From NCBI GenBank assembly GCA_027310625.1, contig DAIDAM010000009.1, forward strand, positions 1 through 54,187: 54,187 nt of DNA, in the 5' to 3' direction. The notes under the pieces are model-generated. The model searched no databases, was not told the origin of the DNA, and saw only the letters and a program-made list of their open reading frames with translations. This stretch comes from a bacterium (GTDB taxonomy: Bacteria > Patescibacteriota > Minisyncoccia > UBA6257 > 2-01-FULL-56-20). Both the position numbers and the translations under genes were made by a program. This document shows, piece by piece, positions 15,662 through 25,823 of this stretch. The number at the start of each line of letters is the position of its first letter. Position 1 is the first letter of the stretch.

Positions 15662-16621
15662 TTAAATTTTGAAAACCCTCTTTGCGTTTTCAGAAATTTT
15701 TTCCGCCATTTCTTCAACTGGGATGCTTTTTATTTCGGCGAGTTTTTTAACGACTTCGACAACGTAAGCCGGTTCGTTCCGTTTGCCGCGATACGGCACG
15801 GGCGTGACATACGGCGCGTCCGTTTCGCTTAAAATCCTGTCGAGCGGAATAAATTTGATTACTCCGTCGTAATCGCCGGCGGATTTGTCCGCCTTGGGCG
15901 GGAATGTAATCACGCCGCCAAACGTAAACGAGAATCCGAGTTCCAAAAGTTTTTCTGCATCGTCAATCGTGCCGCTGAAGAAGTGAACGACGCCCGGATT
16001 AGTGACCAGAGACCGGCGACAAGAGACCAGAATGTCTATCAAATCGGTGAAGGCATTTCTGCAGTGAATCATCAACGGTTTGTTTACTTCTTTTGAAAGT
16101 TCAATTTGTTTGATAAAAACGTCTTTCTGTTTTTTTCTGGTCGCTGATCTCTGGTCTCTCTGATCGCTGGTCACTCGATAGTAGTCCAGCCCGCACTCAC
16201 CTATCGCCACAACTTTCGGGTCAAGCGCGAGCTTTCTGTAGTAGTCGTAGTCAAAGATTTCTCCGTCTCTGGTCTCTGGTCTCTGGTCGCTTTCACTCAA
16301 TTCCTGTTCATCGTGATACGCCTTTCCCGTGTGTATCGGATGCAAACCAACACTGGCGTAAACCCCCGCGTTTGCATTAATTCTGGCACTGTCTTGCTGC
16401 GCGTCGTCCTCATTCCACCATTCGCGCGAATGGTGGAATGGATGGCGGGGTGATAAATTTTCAAATTCATGCGCCAGCCGAACCGCTGCCGCCGAAGTGT
16501 TTGCCTGCGTGCCTACATTGAGCATCGAAACGCCGGCTTTTAGCGCTCGCTCCATCACTTCTTTTCTGTCGGCATCGTAAGCCGCAAACTGAACGTGAGT
16601 ATGGGCGTCGAAAAATCTCAT
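15662..16621 (-). CDS. tatD: TatD-family hydrolase with several in-frame repeat insertions
   Basis: DAHTH, VGLHP, AIGECGLDY, IHCR, VHFFSG, SETDAPY and RGKRNEPAYV. Confidence 0.93.
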   Translation of the reverse strand: MRFFDAHTHVQFAAYDADRKEVMERALKAGVSMLNVGTQANTSAAAVRLAHEFENLSPRHPFHHSREWWNEDDAQQDSARINANAGVYASVGLHPIHTGKAYHDEQELSESDQRPETRDGEIFDYDYYRKLALDPKVVAIGECGLDYYRVTSDQRDQRSATRKKQKDVFIKQIELSKEVNKPLMIHCRNAFTDLIDILVSCRRSLVTNPGVVHFFSGTIDDAEKLLELGFSFTFGGVITFPPKADKSAGDYDGVIKFIPLDRILSETDAPYVTPVPYRGKRNEPAYVVEVVKKLAEIKSIPVEEMAEKISENAKRVFKI

Positions 16622-16675
16622 GAAACAAGTTTAAAATTGATTAAAACAAAAACCAACCGGGGATTGCAACTCGCA

Positions 16676-16699
16676 AGCGCTATGACTAGTCATAGCGCT
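16676..16699. repeat. 24-bp perfect palindrome
   Basis: AGCGCTATGACTAGTCATAGCGCT; a related palindrome CTATGCTATAGCATAG is at 27628-27643. Confidence 0.7.
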
Positions 16700-16705
16700 A
16701 TTCGT

Positions 16706-17245
16706 TTATCTTATGTGAACCGGAGGCAAGTTCAGCACTTTTTGCTTGGCGTAAAAATTAAGCGTGTGCATAAATCCCGTCGTCCATTTCATCGGCTCAT
16801 TGAGCATCGATTTTGCAATTTCCTTCAGCGTCATGGGGATTAAATTCATAACCTCGTCCTTGGATAAAACCATATTGTCCAAATCCTTTTCGCTTGGTTT
16901 GGCTTCATACAACCCGAAATAATGCACTATTCGTGATTCTCTCGTTGGAACTCGTTCATCGGCATAGAACAAGCCGATTTTATTCAAGGGAACTTCCAAT
17001 CCGAGTTCTTTTTCAAGTTCCCGAACGGCGGATTCATCGTATCCCTCCCCTTGGCGTATATGACCGGCGGCAGAATGATCCAAAAGGCCGTCTTTCTTCC
17101 TATGCTACACAAATATTCTGCCCTCACTATCAAAAACGAAAACAACCGCAACTCTGTGCGCGTACCCTTTTTTGTGCGCTTCCTCTTTTGTAGTCGTTCC
17201 TATGACTTCGTCTTTTTCGTTTACTCTATCCAACAATTCTTCCAT
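16706..17245 (-). pseudogene. NUDIX / IDI type 1-like hydrolase with an in-frame TAG at 17105-17107
   Basis: MEELLDRVNEKDEVIGTTTKEEAHKKGYAHRVAVVFVFDSEGRIFV*HRKKDGLLDHSAAGHIRQGEGYDESAVRELEKELG, all in one frame. Confidence 0.8.
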
Positions 17246-17439
17246 TTGCATTTTTATTTTCGCGAAAAAAATAAGTTACTATCACTACAATCGGCAGCGA
17301 GGAGCAAAGTGAAAAACCTATTTTCATTTTGTCTGAGCGAACCAATTGAATGATAGTAATTGAAGATTACTATCATTATATCACAATTGTGATTATATTA
17401 TAGTAGCTGCGGGATTTGCTGCAAAACTTTCAAAGGTTT

Positions 17440-18897
17440 TCACTTGCGCGGGAAAAGGGGTTGCGGTTTTTTATTTTTCAGAACGGCTTCTTTTATTGCG
17501 GAACTTGTGGCGGGCATAAACGGATTTAATAATCGTGTAATTGAATAAAGCTCCGTAACAAATTCTTTCATAAGAATCTGTCCTCTTTCTTGTTTATCCT
17601 TCAATAAGTTGAATGGTTTGGTTTCATCTATTTTCTTGTCCAATGTTCCAACTTTTCTCCAAATAAATTCTGTTGCTCCCTTGAAATCGTAATTTTCCAG
17701 AGCCGAAGTGTATTCTTTTGGGAAACTTTCTTTATCCGGACGCGATAGGGGCTTTGGAAAATATTCTTCCGCAAGAGCCATTATTCTTGAAACCAAATTC
17801 CCAAGACCATCTGCAAGGTCAGAATTGTAAACCTCCTTGAATCTCTCCCAGGTGAAATCGCCGTCGTCAAAGGTGTTTATTTCGCGCGCGAGCCAGTAGC
17901 GGAGCGCGTCCGTGCCGTATTTCTGAACGACTTCGTAGGGGTCAATGACGTTGCCCAAGCTTTTGGACATTTTTTGCCCGCCGCTCGTAATAAAACCGTG
18001 AATCAGAATTTGTTTTGAATTCGGCAGTCCGGCGGACATAAGCATCGCCTGCCACATTGCCGCCTGTTGGCGAATCTGGTCTTTGCCGGCAATTTGAATG
18101 GCGTTCGGCTTATCTTTTGTTCCCCAAAATTCTTTGAATAAATCGGGTTTGCCCTGAGCCGCGTCGAAGGGCCAGCCGAGCGCGGAAATGTAGTTTATTA
18201 GCGCGTCGAACCAAACGTACATCACATGCTCATCATCGCCAGGAACGGGCACACCCCACGGCATTTTCTCTTTCAGCCGCGAAATGCTGAAGTCCTTGAG
18301 ACCTTCCTTTACAAAATTTTTTATCTCATTGAAGCGGCCTTGGGGCAGAACGAATTCCAGATTTTTCTCGTAGAATTCCAACAGCGGTTTTTGATATCTT
18401 TTAAAATTAAAAAAATAGTTTTCCTCCTCGATTATTTCTATTTCCAGGGTCGGATGAATCGGACATTTCCCGTCAACGAATTCCGAGTCGGTTTTTTCAA
18501 GTTCGCAGCCGACGCAGTATTTTGTTTTGTAGGTTCCTTTGTAGATGTCGCCGTTTTTGTCGCAGAGTTTCCAAAACTCCTGCGCCGCTTTTTTGTGATG
18601 CTCATCAGTAGTCCTTATGAAATGCAAGTCGTCGCTCAAGTTGAGCGCTTTTTTGAGGTTTCTGAATTTTTCGGCGTATTCGTCAACATACTTTTGCGGG
18701 TCTTTTCCTTCTTCAAGCGCCTTTCTGTAAATTTTCAAGCCATGTTCGTCCGTGCCGGTGTTGAAAAAAACATCGTCGCCCAAAAGTTTATGGTAACGGG
18801 CGATTATATCCGCCTGCACAATTTCAAGCGCGAAGCCGATATGCGGCTCCGCGTTGACGTACGGCAGAGTGGTGGTGATGTAAAATTTTGGGTTCAT
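17440..18897 (-). CDS. metG: Methionine--tRNA ligase (short form)
   Basis: [33 protein letters not shown] and KMSKSLGN. Confidence 0.96.
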   Translation of the reverse strand: MNPKFYITTTLPYVNAEPHIGFALEIVQADIIARYHKLLGDDVFFNTGTDEHGLKIYRKALEEGKDPQKYVDEYAEKFRNLKKALNLSDDLHFIRTTDEHHKKAAQEFWKLCDKNGDIYKGTYKTKYCVGCELEKTDSEFVDGKCPIHPTLEIEIIEEENYFFNFKRYQKPLLEFYEKNLEFVLPQGRFNEIKNFVKEGLKDFSISRLKEKMPWGVPVPGDDEHVMYVWFDALINYISALGWPFDAAQGKPDLFKEFWGTKDKPNAIQIAGKDQIRQQAAMWQAMLMSAGLPNSKQILIHGFITSGGQKMSKSLGNVIDPYEVVQKYGTDALRYWLAREINTFDDGDFTWERFKEVYNSDLADGLGNLVSRIMALAEEYFPKPLSRPDKESFPKEYTSALENYDFKGATEFIWRKVGTLDKKIDETKPFNLLKDKQERGQILMKEFVTELYSITRLLNPFMPATSSAIKEAVLKNKKPQPLFPRK

Positions 18898-19925
18898 CCT
18901 TTGGCTTTGACGGTGCTCCTCGCCAATCTGTCCCTTTCCCAGTCCTCCCCTATTTCCTGGAAAATTGCCGACACGGGAACCGCTATCAGGGCGCCGATGA
19001 AACCGCCGATCTCCAAACCGATTAAAATAGAAATTATTACAAGAACGGGGTGTAGCCCGACGGCGCGGTTCATCAAAAATGGGACGAGAATGTTTGATTC
19101 AAATTGCTGAATCGCGAGAAACACGACCAAAGTGTAAATAGCAAGAACGCTGGAAACGGAAAGGGCGACCAAAACGGCAAGCGCGCCCGCTATTATCGGC
19201 CCGACAAACGGAATCAGCTCAAGTATTCCGGCGATGACGCCGAGAAGAAGAGGATAAGGAACGCCGAGAATCGAAAGAGCCGCCCAAACCATAATGGTCA
19301 CTATCAAACTCAAGATGAACTGCGCGCGGAACCACAGCCCCATTCTCCTCCGGGAATGCTCAAATATTCTCAGAATCGTTTCTTCATACTCCGCAGGAGA
19401 AATGATTCTGATGAATTTTTCAATCGCATCCCTTCTCACGCTCAAATAAAAGGAAAGTATGAAAACGGAAATTGTTAAGCTCACGCCTCCGAAAACCTGA
19501 GAAACCGAAGCGAACGGCGACGAGCCGCCCGAAATGAAGCTGTCGACCACTCTTGTCATAAAGTCGTTGATGGTTTTTGAGGCCTTGATGTTGAAAAGCG
19601 GCTGCCACCATGTGCCCTGCGACGCTTTTTGGAGATTAAAGACGGCGTCATTCAAATTGATTATCACGAGCGGAACAACGGCGTAGAGGAAAACGACGAT
19701 TGCGAACACAATAAGGACAAACACGGCCATAGCGCTGAGCGTCCGCGGTATTTTCCTTTTCTCAAGAATGTCAAGCGGCACTTCAAGTCCGGAAGCGATT
19801 ACAATGGCAAGGAACAACCCGAAAACTATGTTTTTGGCAGAGAAAAGAATCACCACGAACAAAAAGAAAACCAGCACCTTCCAAAGGGCTGCCCAAGAAA
19901 ATTCTAAAACCCTTTTTTCTTCCAT
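18894..19925 (-). CDS. AI-2E (PerM) family transporter
   Basis: Multi-TM with [24 protein letters not shown] and GALIAVP motifs. Start reassigned to MEEKR. Confidence 0.9.
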   Translation of the reverse strand: MEEKRVLEFSWAALWKVLVFFLFVVILFSAKNIVFGLFLAIVIASGLEVPLDILEKRKIPRTLSAMAVFVLIVFAIVVFLYAVVPLVIINLNDAVFNLQKASQGTWWQPLFNIKASKTINDFMTRVVDSFISGGSSPFASVSQVFGGVSLTISVFILSFYLSVRRDAIEKFIRIISPAEYEETILRIFEHSRRRMGLWFRAQFILSLIVTIMVWAALSILGVPYPLLLGVIAGILELIPFVGPIIAGALAVLVALSVSSVLAIYTLVVFLAIQQFESNILVPFLMNRAVGLHPVLVIISILIGLEIGGFIGALIAVPVSAIFQEIGEDWERDRLARSTVKAKG

Positions 19926-19959
19926 TAACCGAGTTTTTTCGCGATTGTTATTATATTCA

Positions 19960-21231
19960 TTAGGTAAAACGCAATATCCTCCTGAAAGTTTCGGAGCGCT
20001 TGTAGGGGCCGATGAGCGCAAGATTGAGTTTGTCGTTTCTGAAAATCTGTCTTGCAATTCCCCTTACATCCTCCGGGCTTACTCCCTGAATTTTATCTAT
20101 AACTTCCGACGGTTTCAATAGTTTGCCTGCGATGATCTCCTGCATTCCGTAAAAACCGGCGAGTTCGTCGGAGGTCTCAAGCCCCAGTATAAAGTTGCCG
20201 ACGATGTGGTCTTTGGATTTTTTCATTTCGTCCGAACCGACGAGTTCGTCGGCGAGCCGTTTGAGTTCTTCCAAAACGGCTTTTATGACCGATTCCAGTT
20301 TTTTGTGGTCAACACCCGCCGAAACGGAGAAGTAGCCGTGGTCAAGCAGAAGCTCGCTGCCGGCGCGGATGTAATACGCCGCGCCCATTTCCCCCCGCAC
20401 GCGCTTGAAAAGCCGCGAACTCATTCCTCCCCCCAAAATGTCTCCGAGAACCTGCAGGACATATTTCCGCCTGTCAAAAACGTCAAAAGCGCGGGTGCCG
20501 AGAACAAGATGGGTTTGGTCGGACTCCTTGAATTTCACGACAACGGCAGGTTTGGATTGTCTTTCTGTCGTTTTTTTCTTGGGAACTTTGGATTTTCTCT
20601 TCATGCCGCCGAAAAGCTTTTTCACCAGCTGAAAAATTTTCTTTTCGTCAAAATCGCCGGCGACAACGACGGCGGTATTCGGGGCAACGTAGCGTTTGCT
20701 GCGATAAGAAATCAAATCCTCGCGCTTTATCTTGAGAATTATTTCTTTTTTCCCCGCGATATCCCACCCCGCCGGCTGGTCGCCGTAAAGAAGGGTCGTA
20801 AAAATATCATGAACTTGTCTCATTGGGGTATCCTCAAACATATTTATCTCTTCAATGACGACGCCGCGCTCCTTATCTATCTCCTCGCGGTTGAAAATCG
20901 GGTTGAGATACAAATCGGAGACGGTCTCAACAATCTGCGGGAGTTTGTCTTTTCGCGCCTTTGCCCAATAACCGGTGTATTCCTCCCCGGTAAAAGCGTT
21001 ATATTCCGCTCCGAGAGCATCGAGTTCCTCGGCAATGGCGCCCGGTCGCGGGCGATTGACCGTTCCCTTGAACATCAAATGTTCGAGAAAGTGAGAGAGT
21101 CCGTTTATTTTTTTGGTTTCGTACTCCGAGCCGGCTTCAACCAAAACCAGGGCCGTCGCCGCGGACGACTTTTGGGGAACCAGAACAACTCTCAGGCCGT
21201 TTTTAAGGATTTTCTTTTTGAAATTTTCCAT
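19960..21231 (-). CDS. M16 (pitrilysin-family) zinc peptidase
   Basis: GLSHFLEHLMFKGT (HXXEH), YNAFT and GGGMSSRLF. Confidence 0.93.
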   Translation of the reverse strand: MENFKKKILKNGLRVVLVPQKSSAATALVLVEAGSEYETKKINGLSHFLEHLMFKGTVNRPRPGAIAEELDALGAEYNAFTGEEYTGYWAKARKDKLPQIVETVSDLYLNPIFNREEIDKERGVVIEEINMFEDTPMRQVHDIFTTLLYGDQPAGWDIAGKKEIILKIKREDLISYRSKRYVAPNTAVVVAGDFDEKKIFQLVKKLFGGMKRKSKVPKKKTTERQSKPAVVVKFKESDQTHLVLGTRAFDVFDRRKYVLQVLGDILGGGMSSRLFKRVRGEMGAAYYIRAGSELLLDHGYFSVSAGVDHKKLESVIKAVLEELKRLADELVGSDEMKKSKDHIVGNFILGLETSDELAGFYGMQEIIAGKLLKPSEVIDKIQGVSPEDVRGIARQIFRNDKLNLALIGPYKRSETFRRILRFT

Positions 21232-21237
21232 TAGTTG

Positions 21238-21280
21238 CTAGTCATTAGTCATTAGTCATTAGTCATTAGTCATCAGTAAT
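21238..21280. repeat. Heptamer tandem repeat (TAGTCAT) x5
   Basis: Read directly between the M16 peptidase start and the transglycosylase stop. Confidence 0.85.
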
Positions 21281-22737
21281 CAACCCGTTATCTCGTTTAT
21301 ATCTCTATCAAATTTTTCGGCAAGATTGACCACCGCCTGCCCATAAGTCCAAAGGTAGCTTCTCCATCTGCCGCCCGCGTAATATTTCGCCGCCGCTATC
21401 CTTTCCTCCGAAACGGAAGAATTCCCGGAAGCTCCGGCGTCCTTGAGATAGAGCGCGGTGGCGACGAAAGCGTCGGCGTTGTTCCACGGATTCGCCGGAT
21501 TCCTGCCGGTTATTCTGGAAATCCTGTCCGCGTAAATATTCCATGTGGAAGGGATAAATTGCGCCGGACCCATTGCGCCGCCGTAAGCGCCGTCCTGGTT
21601 CGCGCAGGAAACGGTAACCGACTCCGGATTGATGTTCAGCGCCCTTGTAAGTTCAAGAAAAAGAGGAGTGTCTCTCGCGGGGTTCATAGCCGTTCTGCCG
21701 GTCCGCGAGCTTACCTGATTGTACACGCATCTCCCGACATTCTGTCCGAGGGCCGATTCCCTGTCCAGTACCGCTAAAATCAGCGCCGGCCTCACTCCAG
21801 TTGCGTCTCCGGCGAGCTTCGCGTAGGAATACGCCTGCTCAAAGCTCAACTGACCTCCGCCGAGGAGCTGGAAAATCCTGCTCCTTATCTGCGCCGCCGT
21901 CTCCTTCGTCTGCTTCAAAAGCGATTGGTATTTTGATTCCTGCCCCTTGGTCACGGACAAAAGGTTGTTTTTCTCGCTTTTAACATCTTCGGCCTGATTT
22001 TTTGTGGCGACCTGATATTCTCTCGCCGAAGCGGCGTCGGTTCTCGCAAGGGCGAGTTGTTCCTGCTGGTCTTTAAGTACTTCCTGAAGGTCGCGGATTT
22101 TGAGTATCGTAAGCCGCAGGTTGTCTTGCAGGTTATTGATGCTGTTCACGTCGCTGAAGAAGTCGGACAATCTCGGATTTTTAAGGAAAATGTTAAGAAG
22201 GCTTTCGCGCTCGTTTGCGTAAAGTTCGCGTATAAGAACGGCAAGCGCGTTTTTGTTGCTCTCAATCGTGCTTTCGGTTGACTTTATTTTACTCGCGGTA
22301 TCCGAAATCTTTGAATCAAGCTGGCCGATTGTCAGGTTGATGAATTTTATCTGCAAGTTTATCTGGGAGATTCTTGTATTAAGCTGGTTTATCTCGCTCT
22401 TCAGAGAATTTCCCTGTTTCTGATATCCGGATATCTGACTCTGATAGTTTTCCATCTGGTTTTCCAGGTTTTTAAGCTGTTCTTCAAGCGCCTTTCGTTC
22501 TTCCGCGGAGGAAGAATCCACGGTTTGGGCAAGAGTATTGGTGACTATCGGAGCGGAAGCGGAGCGCACGAAAAGGAAAACAAAAGAAAACCCGACGGCC
22601 GCCAACTTCAAAAAATGCCCCAACGGCAAACTGCGGCGGGGACGATAATTGAGGTTGATGCGGCGGTTCAGGTTGTCAAAAACGCCCTTCTTCGGCGTTT
22701 GGATATCGCTTAAGTTTTTTGGCTTAAGGAGATGCAT
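21280..22737 (-). CDS. Coiled-coil protein with a C-terminal lytic murein transglycosylase domain
   Basis: TM, long heptad coiled coil, then ILAVLDRES, GGAMGPAQFIPSTW, PWNNADA and ALYL. Confidence 0.88.
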   Translation of the reverse strand: MHLLKPKNLSDIQTPKKGVFDNLNRRINLNYRPRRSLPLGHFLKLAAVGFSFVFLFVRSASAPIVTNTLAQTVDSSSAEERKALEEQLKNLENQMENYQSQISGYQKQGNSLKSEINQLNTRISQINLQIKFINLTIGQLDSKISDTASKIKSTESTIESNKNALAVLIRELYANERESLLNIFLKNPRLSDFFSDVNSINNLQDNLRLTILKIRDLQEVLKDQQEQLALARTDAASAREYQVATKNQAEDVKSEKNNLLSVTKGQESKYQSLLKQTKETAAQIRSRIFQLLGGGQLSFEQAYSYAKLAGDATGVRPALILAVLDRESALGQNVGRCVYNQVSSRTGRTAMNPARDTPLFLELTRALNINPESVTVSCANQDGAYGGAMGPAQFIPSTWNIYADRISRITGRNPANPWNNADAFVATALYLKDAGASGNSSVSEERIAAAKYYAGGRWRSYLWTYGQAVVNLAEKFDRDINEITG

Positions 22738-22834
22738 AGAGTAATCGCTAATAACGCAAATTAATAATATCAAATAACACGAACATTTAGGAAGTTAATT
22801 CGCGTTATTTCGCCTGCGTTCGCGATATTCGCGA

Positions 22835-23506
22835 CTATTCCTTTTTTTCTTCTCCTTTCTCCGTTTTTTCTTTCTCTTTGACGCGCTCCGCCACTTTCTC
22901 CTCTGTCTCAACTTTCACAGCTGTAACGTCCGCGGCCGGCGCCTCTTCAACTTTTTCTTCCTCTGCCGGCGGTGTAACCGTTGCAATGACCGTTTTCGGC
23001 TCCACCATAATTTTCACGCCCTTCGGAATCTTCAAGTCGCTCGCGTAAAAACTCTGGTTGAGTTCCTTCAGTCCCGAAACGTCAACCTCAAAATTCCGCG
23101 GCAGGTCTCCCGGCAGCGCTTCCACTTCTATTTCCGAAATTGTTTTGTTCAAAACGCCTCCCAACTCCTTTACGGCCGGCGCCTCGCCGACAAACTCCAG
23201 CGGGACACGCGCCTTGATTTTTTCATCCATCCTGACCTGATAAAAATCAATGTGAACGACTTCTCCCGTCAAATAATCCCTTTGAATATCGTGCACCAAA
23301 GCCGGCCGTCTCTCGTCGTTGAGCAAAAGGTTTATAACGGTGCTCTCACCTGCCTCTTTGAAGGCCTCCGCAAAATCTTTTTGGTCTACGGCAATGTGAA
23401 CATTCCTCAGCCCGCGCCCGTAGAGCTCGGCGGGAATATAGCCCTCCTTTCTGATAAATCTGACGTCTTTGCCGAATTTTTCTCTCTCTTTAACGGATAA
23501 ATCCAT
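22835..23506 (-). CDS. rplY: 50S ribosomal protein L25/CTC
   Basis: IPAELYG, HIDFYQV, VPLEFVGEAPAVK and EVEALP. Confidence 0.95.
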   Translation of the reverse strand: MDLSVKEREKFGKDVRFIRKEGYIPAELYGRGLRNVHIAVDQKDFAEAFKEAGESTVINLLLNDERRPALVHDIQRDYLTGEVVHIDFYQVRMDEKIKARVPLEFVGEAPAVKELGGVLNKTISEIEVEALPGDLPRNFEVDVSGLKELNQSFYASDLKIPKGVKIMVEPKTVIATVTPPAEEEKVEEAPAADVTAVKVETEEKVAERVKEKEKTEKGEEKKE

Positions 23507-23560
23507 GATGACTTACAAAGATAGCAAAATGCGCCGGAAAAAGCAACAAAAAAACTAAAC

Positions 23561-24229
23561 CTACCCAGCCACCTCTTTATCAAGATGCATCCTCGGCAGC
23601 ATCATCTCGGGGTGCCACTTTTCCTTAAGCTCTTCCAGCTCGCTCGAAATCTGGTATTTTCCTTTTTCGTCCACATAGTCCCCGCCGAGCGGTTCCACTT
23701 CGTAAAAAACCATTTGGGCGATTCTTCTGCCGACGACAAGGGGAATGGAAAAATTTTTGGAGTTGTTGGTGACTTCCATCGTCCAGCGGTTGAAGTAACC
23801 GATGTCGCCCCAGCCGGCGTCCTTGCAAACCTCGATGAAGTTTCTGCCCAGCGAAGAGCGCGCGTACATCTTTGCGACGCAGATTTTTCTGCCGCCGATG
23901 AACTCATTAGTATGGGCGAGAATCGTCTCGCCGGGACCAAGAAGAATTATTTTTGCGCCGTCGGGAATGTTTTCCAGTTTAACGCCGGTCCTTTGCTGAA
24001 GATCGCTTGCAAGTTCGGCGCGAAGCGGTCCTTCCCACACTTTCTCCGTGGAATTCTTGTCGTACATATTGTGAATGGTGTGCCGGCCGCCGGGGCTGTT
24101 TTCCTTCCAATACCATTCGCCGAGCGTGACATCGTAGCTCGTTGTCTTCAAATTGAAATCCTCAAACGGGTCGATGATTATCGTCCCGTTCTTCATATGG
24201 CGGAGTATGCCGGTGCGCGACAAGAGCAT
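23561..24229 (-). CDS. dcd: dCTP deaminase
   Basis: SYDVTLG, ARSSLGR, AGWGDIGY, TMEV.N and RIAQMVF. Confidence 0.9.
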   Translation of the reverse strand: MLLSRTGILRHMKNGTIIIDPFEDFNLKTTSYDVTLGEWYWKENSPGGRHTIHNMYDKNSTEKVWEGPLRAELASDLQQRTGVKLENIPDGAKIILLGPGETILAHTNEFIGGRKICVAKMYARSSLGRNFIEVCKDAGWGDIGYFNRWTMEVTNNSKNFSIPLVVGRRIAQMVFYEVEPLGGDYVDEKGKYQISSELEELKEKWHPEMMLPRMHLDKEVAG

Positions 24230-24237
24230 AGTGAAAC

Positions 24238-24266
24238 GATTTTATAGCCAGCAAAGAAGTTTTGCA
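24238..24266 (-). promoter_or_regulatory. Putative sigma70 promoter of dcd (near-leaderless)
   Basis: Minus strand TTGCAA-17 nt-TAAAAT, a few nt before the ATG. Confidence 0.5.
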
Positions 24267-24276
24267 AGAAATTATG

Positions 24277-24431
24277 TACGTGAGAGCGGATGTATTCTCG
24301 GAACCGCGGTCAGTTTGCTCCAGCGGCAAACTGCCGCTGCATCTCGCTCCGACTGGTCGCCCCCGGCGACACCAAGCCAGTCGGAGCTCCGATAGCTTCC
24401 TCAAACACATCCGCTAACATACACTCACGTA
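24277..24431 (-). ncRNA. Candidate structured RNA of unknown family between ftsZ and dcd
   Basis: Nested helices TACGTGAG/CTCACGTA, AGCGGATGTGTTT/GAATACATCCGCT, GCTCCGACTGG/CCAGTCGGAGC and CAGTTTGC/GCAAACTG. G-U pairs form only on the minus strand. Confidence 0.5.
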
Positions 24432-24449
24432 ATGTCTCGTGCCGCGGAT

Positions 24450-25694
24450 TTATCTCTTTTTCCGCCGCAAAAAAGTGGGTATTTCCCAAATTTCGCTTTC
24501 TTTGCCTGTCTGCGCAGACAGGTCGGGCTTTATTGTTTTCTTTTTCGAATCGTCGCCCTCGTCCTTAAAGTCGGAACGGGGAATTTCCCTGTCTTTTTCC
24601 TGCCTGAACGGAGAAAGCGGTTTTTCCGCAGATTTATTATCGGCAAACTTTTTTTCCTCCTCCGCCAAACCGCGCTTCATATAGGAACTGAAAAGGGAGT
24701 TGGCCTGCGCTATGCCGTTGATGCCCGTCGCTATGAGCGTAACCTTTATCTGATGGGGGCGGAGTTTCTTGTCGCGATACGCCCCGAAAATTATTTTCGC
24801 TCCCGGGTCTACGGATTGCGAAACCAATCTTGCCGCTTCGTTTATCTCGCTCATTTTCATGTCGCTGCCGCCGGAAATCCCGAGGAGTATACCTTTCGCC
24901 CCCTCTGCGCTCGTTTCCAGAAGCGGGGAATTTATCGCCTGCTTTACCGCCTCCGCGGCCCTTTCCTGTCCGCTCGCTATGCCCAGACCTATGACCGCCA
25001 CGCCCGCTCCGTCCATAACGGCTCTCACGTCCGCGAAGTCAAGATTTATTATTCCCGGAGAAACTATCACCTCTACGATTCCCTCGAGCGCGTTCCTCAA
25101 AACATCGTCAATGGCCGCAAACGCCTTAAGAAGCGGCGTGTCCTTTGAAATCACGCTGAAGATGCGGTCGTTGGGAACGACCATCAGCGCGTCAACTTTG
25201 TCGCGGAGTTTTACAACCCCCTCCTGCGCGATTCTGTCGCGCTGGCTGCCTTCAAAAGAAAACGGCTTGGTGACGAACGCAATTGTGAGCGCGCCGGCCT
25301 GCTTTGCGATTTCGGCGACGACCGGCGCGGCGCCCGTTCCCGTCCCGCCGCCCAAACCCGCCGCTATAAAAATAAGGTCTGCGCCATGAAGGACTTCCGC
25401 TATTTCGGAACGATTCTCCTCCGCCGCCTGCCGGCCGATTTCGGGATTCATCCCCGTGCCCAGTCCCCTTGTTAAGTTTCTCCCTATGTAAATTTTTCTC
25501 CTTACGGAAGCGTGGTCCAAATCCTGATGGTCTGTGTTTATGGCTATAAATTCAACTCCTTTTATGAAATTGCGTCCCATGCGCGAAACGGCGTTAGTCC
25601 CCCCGCCGCCGATGCCGACGACTTTTATGTCAATGTCCGAATTTATTTTTCCGCCTCTGACTTTTTTTGAGATGCGGCGGGATTTCCTCTTCAT
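24450..25694 (-). CDS. ftsZ: Cell division protein FtsZ
   Basis: IKVVGIGGGG, GGGTGTG tubulin signature, INLDFADV and C-terminal EIPTFLRR. Confidence 0.98.
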   Translation of the reverse strand: MKRKSRRISKKVRGGKINSDIDIKVVGIGGGGTNAVSRMGRNFIKGVEFIAINTDHQDLDHASVRRKIYIGRNLTRGLGTGMNPEIGRQAAEENRSEIAEVLHGADLIFIAAGLGGGTGTGAAPVVAEIAKQAGALTIAFVTKPFSFEGSQRDRIAQEGVVKLRDKVDALMVVPNDRIFSVISKDTPLLKAFAAIDDVLRNALEGIVEVIVSPGIINLDFADVRAVMDGAGVAVIGLGIASGQERAAEAVKQAINSPLLETSAEGAKGILLGISGGSDMKMSEINEAARLVSQSVDPGAKIIFGAYRDKKLRPHQIKVTLIATGINGIAQANSLFSSYMKRGLAEEEKKFADNKSAEKPLSPFRQEKDREIPRSDFKDEGDDSKKKTIKPDLSAQTGKESEIWEIPTFLRRKKR

Positions 25695-25812
25695 CCCGTT
25701 AGAGACAGGTCGCCTAAGGCGACCGTGATGTCGCGGTCAAATTCCGCTTTGACGACTTTTTGCAATCTTACGGTAAGCGTCATCATAAAATTTGTGTTGT
25801 CTCTAACGGGAT
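25693..25812. mobile_element. MITE-like element (TIR ATCCCGTTAGAGACA) at the ftsZ start codon
   Basis: TIRs at both ends, internal hairpin GGTCGCC-TAA-GGCGACC and ATGAA repeated at both sides. Confidence 0.75.
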
Positions 25813-25823
25813 TCATTACATTA

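Noticed and set aside
1955-17245. Stop-codon reassignment suggested by in-frame TAA (GIY-YIG) and TAG (NUDIX)
   Set aside because: TAA, TAG and TGA all terminate conserved genes here (leuS and dcd end in TAG, metG in TGA), and no suppressor tRNA is seen.
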